64,000 bases of DNA from an uncultured Candidatus Saccharibacteria bacterium (GCA_964585475.1 CAZPDF010000001.1:81337-145336); one strand, 5' to 3'. Counted from the stretch's first letter, positions 37,298 to 46,157 are shown. Notes: generated by a model from the letters alone, not told the origin. Translations and numbers: made by a program.

Positions 37298-38842
37298 TTA
37301 TTTGGATTGCCAGCGGTGACCCGTGCTTTCTTCCAGACGTTTCCTGACGTGTTCCGGTGGATTAACCGTCTCCCAAAACCAGTCGCGGATTTCCACAATC
37401 ATTTCTTTCGGCACGGTGGTATTTATCATAACTCCGTTTTTCCAGTTCATGATATCGGGGTCGAAATCAGACGGTAAATGTTTTCCTTTACAATCTGGGC
37501 AATCGAGCGCCATGTCATGTAGCTGACTTCCGGGAAAAGGAATGGGTATGAAAGGTGTGACGTACGCTGCACCCGCATCAATCAGTTTTCGTGCGAGTTC
37601 AACCGACATCATAATTTCCTTGAAGCTTTCATGTGGGAATCCGATCATCATATTGACCGGGCAGATGATGCCGATTTCTTTGGCGATGCGGGTGAGTTTC
37701 AACACGTCATGCTTCTCGAGCGTGAGTTTAGCGGTCGCGTATTTATCAAGAATCCTCTGTGATCCGGATTCTACCGGAAAGACAATCTGTCGAAACTTAG
37801 AATCATAGAAAAGCTGCAAATACTCGCGGTCCGGCTCAAGCGTTCCCGCTTTGGTCTTCTGGAATATGTGGACTAGATTCACGCCATTTACATCCGCAAT
37901 AGTAAAGTCAAAATCTCGCACCAGGGTGAAGATTTCTTTAGTCCGTGGTTTCTTGGCAAGCAAACTGTCGTCTTCGACAAGGACCATTTTTACGCCTAGT
38001 CTGCGAAGTTCTTCGAATTCAGCGATTACTCGGGAAACTGATTTCAAGCGAAGTTCGCCAATATCACCCGAAAGCTCACCCCTGCCGAAACGCTCTTTTG
38101 AAATGTGGCAGTAGGTGCATTGGAAAGGGCATCCGCGCGAGGTCATTATAGGCGCATAGCGGTATTGATTCCCTGTGAGGTTCACGCCGTGCGGGGAGGC
38201 AATGCGTTCGTACTTATCAAAAGGAAGTTTGTCCCAGGCAGGCATCGGCAAATCATCAAGGTTGGTGTAGGTGGTATCCGGTTTGGCCCGCGAGATTAGC
38301 GGTTTACCCGCGCGGAAATAAATGGTTCCGTCGATGTTCTCATAGGATGACCCTTGCATGAAGCGCCTGGCGATTTCTTGCATCGGTTTCTCGCCTTCGG
38401 TAGTGCAGACAAGATCGAAAGACCCGTTCTTCATGAAGCGCGGCCAGAGATTTCTCGCGTTTACTCCGCCGGTCACGACCAAAGTTTCCGGATTCACGCG
38501 CTTGGCGATCTCCGCCACCCTGAATGCCATATTGGTCTGCGGCGTGAAATTGGAGTTGATGCCCACGATATCGTAATTTTTCTTCGCCAGAAATTCTTCA
38601 ATTCGTTCCCACGACATTCCGATTCTCGTAAGACCATTTGGCTGCATAACCGAATTGTAGAATGTATTCTCAAGCGTATCCTCGGGCGTACCAACCGTTG
38701 CGTCCACTATATCCGAGTCAATTCCTATTTGGCGCAAGGCCCCGGCAAGATAGAGCGGCCCGAGCGAGCCGTCAGGGCGAGGCGTCTCAATAGGCATTAA
38801 CTGATTTGGAGGGTAGATGAAAAGAACCTTCGGCTCGCGCAT
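37298..38842 (-). CDS. B12-binding radical SAM enzyme (class B radical-SAM methyltransferase-like)
   Basis: N-terminal B12-binding 'NYDIVGINSNFTPQ...LVVTGGV'. CxxxCxxC 'SRGCPFQCTYCH'. Confidence 0.75.
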   Translation of the reverse strand: MREPKVLFIYPPNQLMPIETPRPDGSLGPLYLAGALRQIGIDSDIVDATVGTPEDTLENTFYNSVMQPNGLTRIGMSWERIEEFLAKKNYDIVGINSNFTPQTNMAFRVAEIAKRVNPETLVVTGGVNARNLWPRFMKNGSFDLVCTTEGEKPMQEIARRFMQGSSYENIDGTIYFRAGKPLISRAKPDTTYTNLDDLPMPAWDKLPFDKYERIASPHGVNLTGNQYRYAPIMTSRGCPFQCTYCHISKERFGRGELSGDIGELRLKSVSRVIAEFEELRRLGVKMVLVEDDSLLAKKPRTKEIFTLVRDFDFTIADVNGVNLVHIFQKTKAGTLEPDREYLQLFYDSKFRQIVFPVESGSQRILDKYATAKLTLEKHDVLKLTRIAKEIGIICPVNMMIGFPHESFKEIMMSVELARKLIDAGAAYVTPFIPIPFPGSQLHDMALDCPDCKGKHLPSDFDPDIMNWKNGVMINTTVPKEMIVEIRDWFWETVNPPEHVRKRLEESTGHRWQSK

Positions 38843-38997
38843 GTGTCACCTCCTATCAAGTCAAGGTACTTGGCAAAAATGTACTATAAATAGAACGTTT
38901 TGTAAAGAAATTAAGTTGCCAAAAATTTTTATGCCCAGTAATACGACTTTCAGCGGTTATTTGTAATTTTCATTCCATTTGTGGTAGTATTGGAGAG

Positions 38998-39216
38998 ATG
39001 AATACCATAACAATTCCTAAAAAAATAGCATCCCGAGATGATCTTATAGTTATTCCACGCAGGGAGTACGAGGCGCTTTTGGAATCGAGAAAGTTTAAAG
39101 AGTTTTCGCCAACTGGGGTACAAAAAAAAGCATTGGCAAGGGCAGAACAGAATTTTCGTAAAGGAAAAACCCTCTCGTATTATGGACTTGTCAAAAAGTT
39201 GGGGTTTGCAGATTGA
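38998..39216 (+). CDS. AbrB/MazE/SpoVT-type antitoxin
   Basis: 'TITIPKKIASRDDLIVIPRREYEALLE' swapped-hairpin-like. Precedes and overlaps the RelE-like gene. Confidence 0.45.
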   Translation: MNTITIPKKIASRDDLIVIPRREYEALLESRKFKEFSPTGVQKKALARAEQNFRKGKTLSYYGLVKKLGFAD

Positions 39217-39451
39217 CCCAGGTGTTTTTAAAACTTTCAAGCGGACACCTCGGCATGACGCCGAGGTTCTTCTTGAAGTAATGCGGCTTCTGCCAGTCAA
39301 TCCTTACTTCGGTGATATTCAGAAGATGAAAGGCGAAGATAACGCGTGGCGCCGCCGCATAGGTTCATATAGGATTTTCTATCGAATCAAAATCACCGAA
39401 AAAGTAATCCTGGTATTTCACCTCGAACGGAGAACTTCAAAAACGTATTGA
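39182..39451 (+). CDS. RelE/ParE-family type II toxin
   Basis: 'NAWRRRIGSYRIFYRIKITEKVILVFHLERRTSKTY' is a classic RelE C-terminus. The true start may be internal. Confidence 0.7.
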   Translation: MDLSKSWGLQIDPGVFKTFKRTPRHDAEVLLEVMRLLPVNPYFGDIQKMKGEDNAWRRRIGSYRIFYRIKITEKVILVFHLERRTSKTY

Positions 39452-39461
39452 GTGAGTTCCT

Positions 39462-40610
39462 ATGGGAAATAAAAAAGGACACATTTTGATTACCGGAGGG
39501 GCTGGGTTTATCGGCTTTTATCTTGCCGAATTATTTCGAGAATCCGGATTTTCAGTAAGAATCCTGGACGTTGCTTCGCGTCCTGATGGTTTAGCGAAAG
39601 ACATTGAATACTTCCAGGGTGATGTAACAAGCAAAGGATCATGGAGCCGCGCACTTCAGGGAATAAGCCACGTGTTCCATCTTGCGGCCTATGGCGATAA
39701 CCGTCCGGACTTTCACAAGTGTTTTACCGTAAATGCCGCGGCGTCCGCGCTTCTTTATGAAGTTATAAGAGATGAAAAGTTGCCGGTTAAGCAGATAATT
39801 GTCGCGTCTTCCCAGTCGGTGTACGGAGAAGGGAAATATCTTTGTAAAACTCACGGGGTATTTTATCCCGTCTCAAGAGTAAAGAAAGATTTAGAATCAG
39901 GACTGTGGGATATTCATTGTCCGGAAGACGGCTTGCTGGCAGAAGTTCTGCCGTCCGCAGAAGAAGATAAGCTCTGTCCAGTTTCCCCTTACGGCATATC
40001 GAAGATGGCGGTTGACCACATTGCGCTTACCCTGGGCAGGGAGTTAAACATTCCTTCTGTGGCCCTGCGTTATTCCATGGCAAGCGGAGCGTATCCTTCC
40101 ATGCGCGCAATTTATCCCAATGCCATTAAATATTTCACGGAGCAGGCATTGAAAAATGAATCGATTTCTCTGCATGAAGACGGAAATCAGTCGCGCGATT
40201 TTATAGATATCCGCGACCTTGGAAAAGCCCACCTTGCGGTTTTGGATAATCCGGCTGTATATTTTCAGGCCTTCAATATAGGAAGCGGCAAGTCAATTAA
40301 AATTCGCGATCTTGCAGAGATGGTGTATAAAATTGTCGGAGTCGAATTTACCCCCCCACCAGAAAGACGCACCCAGAAAGACGAAAGCGATTGGCAAAAA
40401 AAGGCGAAGCGTAGAATAGGGGTGCATAGGTATAAACTTATGGTGGGGGGGTTTAAGCCGGTTTTCCGAAATGAGTTCCGTCCCTTTACTCCGCGTCATA
40501 TGGTAATGTCTATTAAAAAAATTAAAGATGTCCTCGGCTGGCGCCCCGTACATACTTTGGAAGAAAGTATCACAGAATATATAACGGCGGTCAAAAATAA
40601 AAGCGCATAA
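39462..40610 (+). CDS. NAD-dependent nucleotide-sugar epimerase/dehydratase (extended SDR), with an in-frame family-E repeat
   Basis: 'ILITGGAGFIGFYL'. 'YGISKMAVDH' (YxxxK). Paralog of 44969..46090(-). Confidence 0.7.
   Translation: MGNKKGHILITGGAGFIGFYLAELFRESGFSVRILDVASRPDGLAKDIEYFQGDVTSKGSWSRALQGISHVFHLAAYGDNRPDFHKCFTVNAAASALLYEVIRDEKLPVKQIIVASSQSVYGEGKYLCKTHGVFYPVSRVKKDLESGLWDIHCPEDGLLAEVLPSAEEDKLCPVSPYGISKMAVDHIALTLGRELNIPSVALRYSMASGAYPSMRAIYPNAIKYFTEQALKNESISLHEDGNQSRDFIDIRDLGKAHLAVLDNPAVYFQAFNIGSGKSIKIRDLAEMVYKIVGVEFTPPPERRTQKDESDWQKKAKRRIGVHRYKLMVGGFKPVFRNEFRPFTPRHMVMSIKKIKDVLGWRPVHTLEESITEYITAVKNKSA
40350..40452. repeat. Family-E palindromic element (ACCCCCCCACCA...TGGTGGGGGGGT) in frame in the epimerase gene
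   Basis: 12-bp perfect terminal inverted repeats. Encodes FTPPPERRTQKDESDWQKKAKRRIGVHRYKLMVGGFKP, absent from the paralog at 44969. Confidence 0.65.
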
Positions 40611-40632
40611 AAAGCCTGCATAAAGTTTGTTT

Positions 40633-40667
40633 TAACATTATTGATGCGGTCGCATCATCGATGTTAA
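40633..40667. promoter_or_regulatory. Palindromic operator TTAACAT-N3-TGATGCGGTCGCATCA-N3-ATGTTAA upstream of the wHTH regulator gene
   Basis: Nested dyad symmetry. A second copy lies at 41234..41269. Confidence 0.5.
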
Positions 40668-40682
40668 AATAAATTTATCCCC

Positions 40683-41210
40683 ATGGCAAAGTCATTAGTC
40701 CGGGAAATACTGGAACATTTAGCTATCTGTGCCCCCCGCCTGATGGTGGACTCGCTTTTTATTCCTTATGGCCAAAGTTTAGGACGGACTTTGCGGCAGA
40801 TTGAAAAGTTGGCGGCCCTCTGTCCCCACGATTTTTCAGGTCATTCCAGGGGCACCGTCTCGGTCACGCTCCATAGAATGAAAAAGAACAAGTTGGTATC
40901 CATAAGCGGCCCCAAGAAAAAAGCGATATGGCGTATTACGCAGAAAGGAAAAAGCCATTTCAAAAATATAGAAAAGGGAATTAGTCTTCCGCCCGAGGAC
41001 GGAAAGACGCGGGTGATAATGTTCGACATACCCGAAGACAGGCGAGTAGAAAGAAACTGGTTACGCGGGGAATTGTCGGCTTGTGATTATACTCCCCTTC
41101 AAAAGAGTGTTTTTATGGGCACAAGACCGTTGCCGACAAGATTGTTGGAAGAACTCGAGAGTCGGGGGTTGCTTTCTCATATACACGTGGTCGGACTGGA
41201 GAGCGATTAG
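40683..41210 (+). CDS. Winged-HTH transcriptional regulator with a PaaX-middle/Cas2-like C-terminal domain (mini PaaX-like repressor)
   Basis: wHTH 'GTVSVTLHRMKKNKLVSISGPKKKAIWRITQKG'. C-terminal 'RVIMFDIPEDRRVERNWLRGELSACDYTPLQKSVFMG' resembles the PaaX_M/Cas2-like fold. Confidence 0.35.
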   Translation: MAKSLVREILEHLAICAPRLMVDSLFIPYGQSLGRTLRQIEKLAALCPHDFSGHSRGTVSVTLHRMKKNKLVSISGPKKKAIWRITQKGKSHFKNIEKGISLPPEDGKTRVIMFDIPEDRRVERNWLRGELSACDYTPLQKSVFMGTRPLPTRLLEELESRGLLSHIHVVGLESD

Positions 41211-41233
41211 AGTCCAAGATTTTATTTTAAATT

Positions 41234-41269
41234 TTAACATCAAATATGCGGTCGCATGATAGATGTTAA
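41234..41269. promoter_or_regulatory. Second copy of the palindromic operator (TTAACATC-N4-ATGCGGTCGCAT-N4-GATGTTAA) upstream of the PP2C gene
   Basis: Near-identical to 40633..40667. Confidence 0.5.
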
Positions 41270-41343
41270 AATAAAGTGGTTTCTCTCAAAAGCTTGTAGC
41301 CAGGGTATCTTGTTTACATTGACAGAGGCGGTTCTTAGCGTTA

Positions 41344-42198
41344 ATGTCGATAAGGTCCTTAACGGCGAGATTAGACATGCACAATTTCAGATATATCGAA
41401 TCTTTATGCGATCTTACGCCCAAAAAAGAAGATGCCCTGCTTCTGGGCGAAGATTTATTTGGGGTTTTTGATGGAGCCGGAAGTTTGGTAAAGTTCGTTG
41501 ACCCCAAAAGAGGAACGGGCGGAAGAATCGCATCCACCATAGCTCGCGACACTTTCTCTCTCCAAGAAGGACCTCTTCGAGATCTTGCTGCGGCGGCTAA
41601 TCGGGAGATCGGGACGCAGATGGTCGCAGCCGGAATTGATATAAGCAAAAAAGTCAATTTGTGGTGCACCACCGCTGCGGTGATAAGGATGCAGGAGGAT
41701 TCGTTCGAGTGGCTGGAGATCGGCGATTCGGCCGTACTTTTGATCAAGGGTGACAGACAGTTTGAACTGCTGGTTGACTATCAAGATCATGACCAGGAAC
41801 TTCTGGCGATTTGCAAAGAACTTGCAGAGAAAGGGGAGAAAGATCCTCATTCTGTAATTGTTGCCAATGGCCAAGCCCAAGCGCTAAAAGAAGATATTAA
41901 CGTAACATACGGTTGCCTGACAGGTGAGGACGAAGCCATGCGATGGGTTAAGTCCGGCACGAGATCTCTTGAGGGGATTGACCACATTCTAATGTTTACC
42001 GATGGCCTGCTGATTCCCAAGGAAGACCCCAAGGCACCGAACGATTGGGAAACGCTTGTACGGCTTTTTCTGGACGGTGGTCTGCGGAACACTGTAAATT
42101 ATGTGAGGGACTTGCAGAACAAAGACCCCTTCTGTTCTAAATATATCCGGTATCATCCGTATGACGACATTGCCGCGATTGCTCTTTCAAGAAAGTAA
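41344..42198 (+). CDS. PP2C-family (PPM) Ser/Thr protein phosphatase
   Basis: 'LLGEDLFGVFDGAGS' (PP2C motif aVfDGhGG). 'ILMFTDGLL' (DG metal-binding motif). Confidence 0.55.
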   Translation: MSIRSLTARLDMHNFRYIESLCDLTPKKEDALLLGEDLFGVFDGAGSLVKFVDPKRGTGGRIASTIARDTFSLQEGPLRDLAAAANREIGTQMVAAGIDISKKVNLWCTTAAVIRMQEDSFEWLEIGDSAVLLIKGDRQFELLVDYQDHDQELLAICKELAEKGEKDPHSVIVANGQAQALKEDINVTYGCLTGEDEAMRWVKSGTRSLEGIDHILMFTDGLLIPKEDPKAPNDWETLVRLFLDGGLRNTVNYVRDLQNKDPFCSKYIRYHPYDDIAAIALSRK

Positions 42199-42253
42199 TC
42201 GCCATTTTCAGCCAGCGCCGTTTAAAAGCGGCGACTTTTCACAAAGAGACGCT

Positions 42254-42790
42254 ATGCAAGGACGAGGATACTCACTTTGGTTAATACCTAACGATAGGAA
42301 CCGTGATATTTTCTCGGAAATAATAAAAAAGATTGCCGAGAAAGCCCGCACCCCTTCATTTGCTCCACACATAACGCTTCTGGGTGGAGTTTTGGGCTCC
42401 GAAGATGAGTTGAGAAAGAAAACTAGGTTCTTGATCAAAGAACAATCCGAGTTCCAGATTTCTTTTTCAGGAATTGATTACGAAGATTATTACTTCCGAG
42501 CTTTATTTGTGAGAGCAGAATTAAACGAGTCCCTACGTTTGTTAAATATCCGCGCCAAAGAGATTTTCGGTATGAAAGACGCTCCTTCTTTTTATACGCC
42601 GCACCTGAGTTTGCTATATGGGGACTTCCCTTTAAACTTCAAAAAAGAACTTACCCGTTTTGCTGGAGGAATACCTGCCAGTCTTATCGTGCAAAGAGTA
42701 GATTTGTACAGAACAGAAGGGGAAGTAATCGGATGGCAAAAAGTAGAGGAGTTTCCTTTTCACTTTCAAAACACGACCCAAAATTCTTAA
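42254..42790 (+). CDS. 2H phosphoesterase superfamily (LigT/CPDase-like) protein
   Basis: Two H-x-T/S-x motifs 'PHITLLG' and 'PHLSLLYG' about 80 aa apart. ATG at 42254 within the track ORF 42161..42790. Confidence 0.55.
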   Translation: MQGRGYSLWLIPNDRNRDIFSEIIKKIAEKARTPSFAPHITLLGGVLGSEDELRKKTRFLIKEQSEFQISFSGIDYEDYYFRALFVRAELNESLRLLNIRAKEIFGMKDAPSFYTPHLSLLYGDFPLNFKKELTRFAGGIPASLIVQRVDLYRTEGEVIGWQKVEEFPFHFQNTTQNS

Positions 42791-42919
42791 AGGATTAAAC
42801 TTGATCTAATCTAAAGTGTGTAGGATTATAAAATATGTGTGCACATTACCCGGAGCTCTTGACAAGATGATGGTAGGTGATGTAATCTTGGTTCGGTGCG
42901 CAGAAGGAGACATGCGGCG

Positions 42920-43315
42920 ATGAAATTCCGCGATACGAGCAGATTTGAGCTGAGAATGTGGGGACAGTTGGTTGACGCTCTTTGTCCCATGCGGTTTGAA
43001 AGGGATGCGAACGACAAGGGTCTTTATCATTTTTATAATCAGGATGGTTCATTGTTTGTATCGATCAGACTGACCCGGCAGATGTTTGATGGCGATACCG
43101 GTGGCGAGGTATTTACCGACATGATAGTTGAGGTGATCTCGCCCGACGGGACTTCTATACGTGAGTCCTTTGTGGATGTTCGACGATTCCAAGATGATCC
43201 GCAGCATCCCCTCTGTGATCTTTTTGACTTGGTGCTGTGGCCAAACGATGTAGTTACGCCCAAAGCTCTTTCCCTGCATGCGTTTTTGGGATCGCTAAAT
43301 TTGACGGCGCGATAA
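42920..43315 (+). CDS. Hypothetical protein (131 aa)
   Basis: ORF with SD AAGGAGA 9 nt upstream of the ATG at 42920. No recognised motif. Confidence 0.3.
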   Translation: MKFRDTSRFELRMWGQLVDALCPMRFERDANDKGLYHFYNQDGSLFVSIRLTRQMFDGDTGGEVFTDMIVEVISPDGTSIRESFVDVRRFQDDPQHPLCDLFDLVLWPNDVVTPKALSLHAFLGSLNLTAR

Positions 43316-43401
43316 CATCAAGCCGTTTTTATTTTGCCAAAAATTGACAAAGCCGGTACTATTGTGTTACTTTAGTTCAAGGTCATTGGCAGGGGGTTTT
43401 A

Positions 43402-44094
43402 ATGCTAGAATGGCAGCCGACTCCGCTTGAGATGATGTCTGCAATGATGTTTGTTCTTTCCGAAGAACCGGTACCTTCAGACGCTCTATACGTGTTCGGT
43501 TCTATGGCGGATAGAGATCTTGATGCGAGAGAACTTAAAGCCGCGAGCGATCTTTACCAATCGGGGTTCGCTTCAAAGATAGTTGTGCATGGTGCTACCA
43601 TTGCAGAGGTAAGCGAATTATTTGATCTTGAGGGCTACGGATACGAATTCCTGAAAGCTGAACTTGTTAAGCTGGGAGTTCCTGAAGGCGACATTTTGTC
43701 TAATCCTCGTTCTTCTCATACTGCTGGCGAAGCAAGAAACTTCCTGCTTTTGGCTAAAGAGCAGGGATGGGAAAAGGTGACCATTATGGCGTATCCCTTC
43801 CATCAGTTGCGCTGCTTTTTACAGATGATCACGCTTATGGAAGAAACCGGGATACGGCTGAAAGTGTATAACAGAAGTTTTACCCTTCGCGGAGTTGATT
43901 GGCAAAGATCAATTAAGAGAGCCATACGGAAGGGCGCAAATCTTTTGGGTATGATGGACATAAATGAGCCGATGGAAATCCATGCAGCCGCGGATTACGA
44001 GCGCATAGTCAAGTACGCTCAAGATCCGGCCTTAACCGGCGAGCATTATACGCGTCATGCCACGATTCCTGAAATGTTTCGTTACGTTGCATAA
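43402..44094 (+). CDS. DUF218 (YdcF/ElyC/SanA-family) protein
   Basis: 'IMAYPFHQLRCFL' DUF218 motif. Paralog of 17480..18166. Confidence 0.45.
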   Translation: MLEWQPTPLEMMSAMMFVLSEEPVPSDALYVFGSMADRDLDARELKAASDLYQSGFASKIVVHGATIAEVSELFDLEGYGYEFLKAELVKLGVPEGDILSNPRSSHTAGEARNFLLLAKEQGWEKVTIMAYPFHQLRCFLQMITLMEETGIRLKVYNRSFTLRGVDWQRSIKRAIRKGANLLGMMDINEPMEIHAAADYERIVKYAQDPALTGEHYTRHATIPEMFRYVA

Positions 44095-44235
44095 CGCGAC
44101 GCCATCAAGAGTTAGATCAAGACCAAGATACTCCATCTCAGATGGAGTTTTTTTAGTCCCTGGTTAAAATTTAGCCGAGCCGTTTCAAAAATTTAAAAAG
44201 CCGCTCCTTCGGAGCGACCGTGCGTTTTCTGGATC

Positions 44236-44919
44236 CTAGTATCTTCCAGCAAGAAGGCAGTTGATGCCGTTAATCTCGCGGCTGAAGTTTCGCATGAAAG
44301 CATCGGATCTATGCATCGCAACAATTCGCGGTCTATATGCTTTGGGGTCGGCTTTGAGCACGACGTCTTCGCTGGCAAAGAACTGCAGTTCAAGGTGAGA
44401 AAACTCCGGCTTCACGAGGTGGCGCTGTGCCATGAGAAGGGCGCGTGCGTAGTGGACTGCAACCGTTACTACCCCAACTTTGGTAAAACCGCGTTCCACT
44501 GCTAATTCAAGTATATTCTGGAGCTCGCGGTTGGTATTTGATGGACCATCTACCACCCTATCACGAAGCCACACCAGGATTTCCGGTTTATCTTTGCCGA
44601 TGAGCTGGATGGTAAGCCATTCGCTCATCACTTCACTTTCGCTAGGTGCGTTAATAGATTGAAGATACGGGGAGCGCTGGCCGTAGGCGCAAACCACAAC
44701 CTGAAGTTTTTTTCGGTAATCTTTGCAAAGCTCGAGGCCCGCCAGAAGATTAAGTTCTCCGCCGCCGATCAGGCAGCGTGGATTGCTGTCATCAGCAGGT
44801 GCGCGTACCGGAAGGTGTGCTCCTTTCTCGTCGCAAACCTCCAAATTTTCGGTTAAAACCCATGGTCCATTCGGAGTTAATCTTTGAATGCCTCGTCCAA
44901 GAATGCCAAGTAGCTCCAC
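44236..44919 (-). CDS. DUF218 (YdcF-family)-like protein
   Basis: 'CLIGGGELN'. 'VGVVTVAVHYARAL' DUF218 motif. Confidence 0.4.
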   Translation of the reverse strand: MELLGILGRGIQRLTPNGPWVLTENLEVCDEKGAHLPVRAPADDSNPRCLIGGGELNLLAGLELCKDYRKKLQVVVCAYGQRSPYLQSINAPSESEVMSEWLTIQLIGKDKPEILVWLRDRVVDGPSNTNRELQNILELAVERGFTKVGVVTVAVHYARALLMAQRHLVKPEFSHLELQFFASEDVVLKADPKAYRPRIVAMHRSDAFMRNFSREINGINCLLAGRY

Positions 44920-44968
44920 CCACGATCTCCTCTGCCTTTAGAGCTTGAAATACTCTATCATGGCTCTA

Positions 44969-46090
44969 TCAAAAAAGCAACCCCTTCTTTTTCATGTCCT
45001 TATCGGTCTTTTCAAGAAATTTTTTTGCTTCGGGATAGTTTTTAACCCACTCAACGTATTCGCGCACGCTCTCTTCCACGTTTCGCTTTGGCCTCCAGCC
45101 AAGTTTCTTTAATTTGGATATGTCCATGATGGAGTGGCGCGTGGTTGCCCAGCGGAAATGCCCTCCGGCATAGATTTTTTTGCGCGGCACGCCCAATGCC
45201 TTTCCTATGGTACGTGCAAGCTCAATCACCGGTATTGATTTTCCGGAACCCACATTAAACGCCTGATAATTTGCGCGGGAATCGCGAAGGACTGTTAGGT
45301 GCGCATCCACGACGTCGTGTACGTTTACGAAGTCGCGAAGCTGTCCTCCGTCCTCATGTGTTATTATGGCTTGGCCCGAAAGACCCATTACAATATAGGC
45401 GCGAATTGCTCCTGAATAAAAATGTCTGAAGGATTGATGAGCCCCCTGCACAATTGAGTAGCGGAGTGCTACCGACGGGATTTTATATAATTTGCCAAGG
45501 GCAAATAGCGCATGCTCGAGTGCCGCTTTCGATGCTCCATAGGCGTGGATTGGTTTTAAGACGTCGTCTTCCTTTTCCGGTAGGGGAGTTACTCGGTGGT
45601 TATCGTAGGGACAAAGAATTTCCCACTGCTTATTTTTAAGAGTTTTTATGGATCGGAAATCTGGATAGATAACCCCGTGTTTTTTGCAACTGTATTTTCC
45701 TTCGCCGTAAACCGATTGGGACGAGGCGGCCACGATTTTTTTAACCGGAAATTTGCTCTTCATGATCGTTTCGTACATCAAGGCGGTTCCCGCGGCGTTC
45801 GTCTCAAAATAAGTGCTGAAGTCGGAAAAAATATCCGTATAGGCCGCAAGGTGAAAAATATAATCAACGCCCTTTAACGCTTTTTCCCAGTCCTTGCGAT
45901 TGCGGACATCCCCATGCAGGAATTCCGCATGCGCATTAAACCACGGAGGCAATTTGCCGTTATGGGCTGGGGGCAAGAGGTTGTCTAAGACGCGGACGCG
46001 GTAGCCGTCTTTAATTAACCTATCGACAAGATGCGAGCCGATGAATCCCGCTCCTCCGGTAACCAAAATTGTTTCTTTCCTTTTGGCCAT
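44969..46090 (-). CDS. NAD-dependent nucleotide-sugar epimerase/dehydratase (extended SDR)
   Basis: 'ILVTGGAGFIGSHLVDRL'. 'YGASKAALEH'. Confidence 0.75.
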   Translation of the reverse strand: MAKRKETILVTGGAGFIGSHLVDRLIKDGYRVRVLDNLLPPAHNGKLPPWFNAHAEFLHGDVRNRKDWEKALKGVDYIFHLAAYTDIFSDFSTYFETNAAGTALMYETIMKSKFPVKKIVAASSQSVYGEGKYSCKKHGVIYPDFRSIKTLKNKQWEILCPYDNHRVTPLPEKEDDVLKPIHAYGASKAALEHALFALGKLYKIPSVALRYSIVQGAHQSFRHFYSGAIRAYIVMGLSGQAIITHEDGGQLRDFVNVHDVVDAHLTVLRDSRANYQAFNVGSGKSIPVIELARTIGKALGVPRKKIYAGGHFRWATTRHSIMDISKLKKLGWRPKRNVEESVREYVEWVKNYPEAKKFLEKTDKDMKKKGLLF

Positions 46091-46157
46091 TTTTGAACCT
46101 TATCAGGAAATTATTGAAAAGGCAAATAATTTAGGACTTACGCGTTTGGCCAATTTC

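Noticed and set aside
40683-41210. The C-terminal half resembles Cas2 (FDIPEDRRVERNWLRGELS...QKSVF).
   Set aside because: There is an N-terminal winged-HTH, a duplicated operator, and no cas1 or array nearby. A PaaX-like regulator with a Cas2-like fold domain fits better. This remains uncertain.
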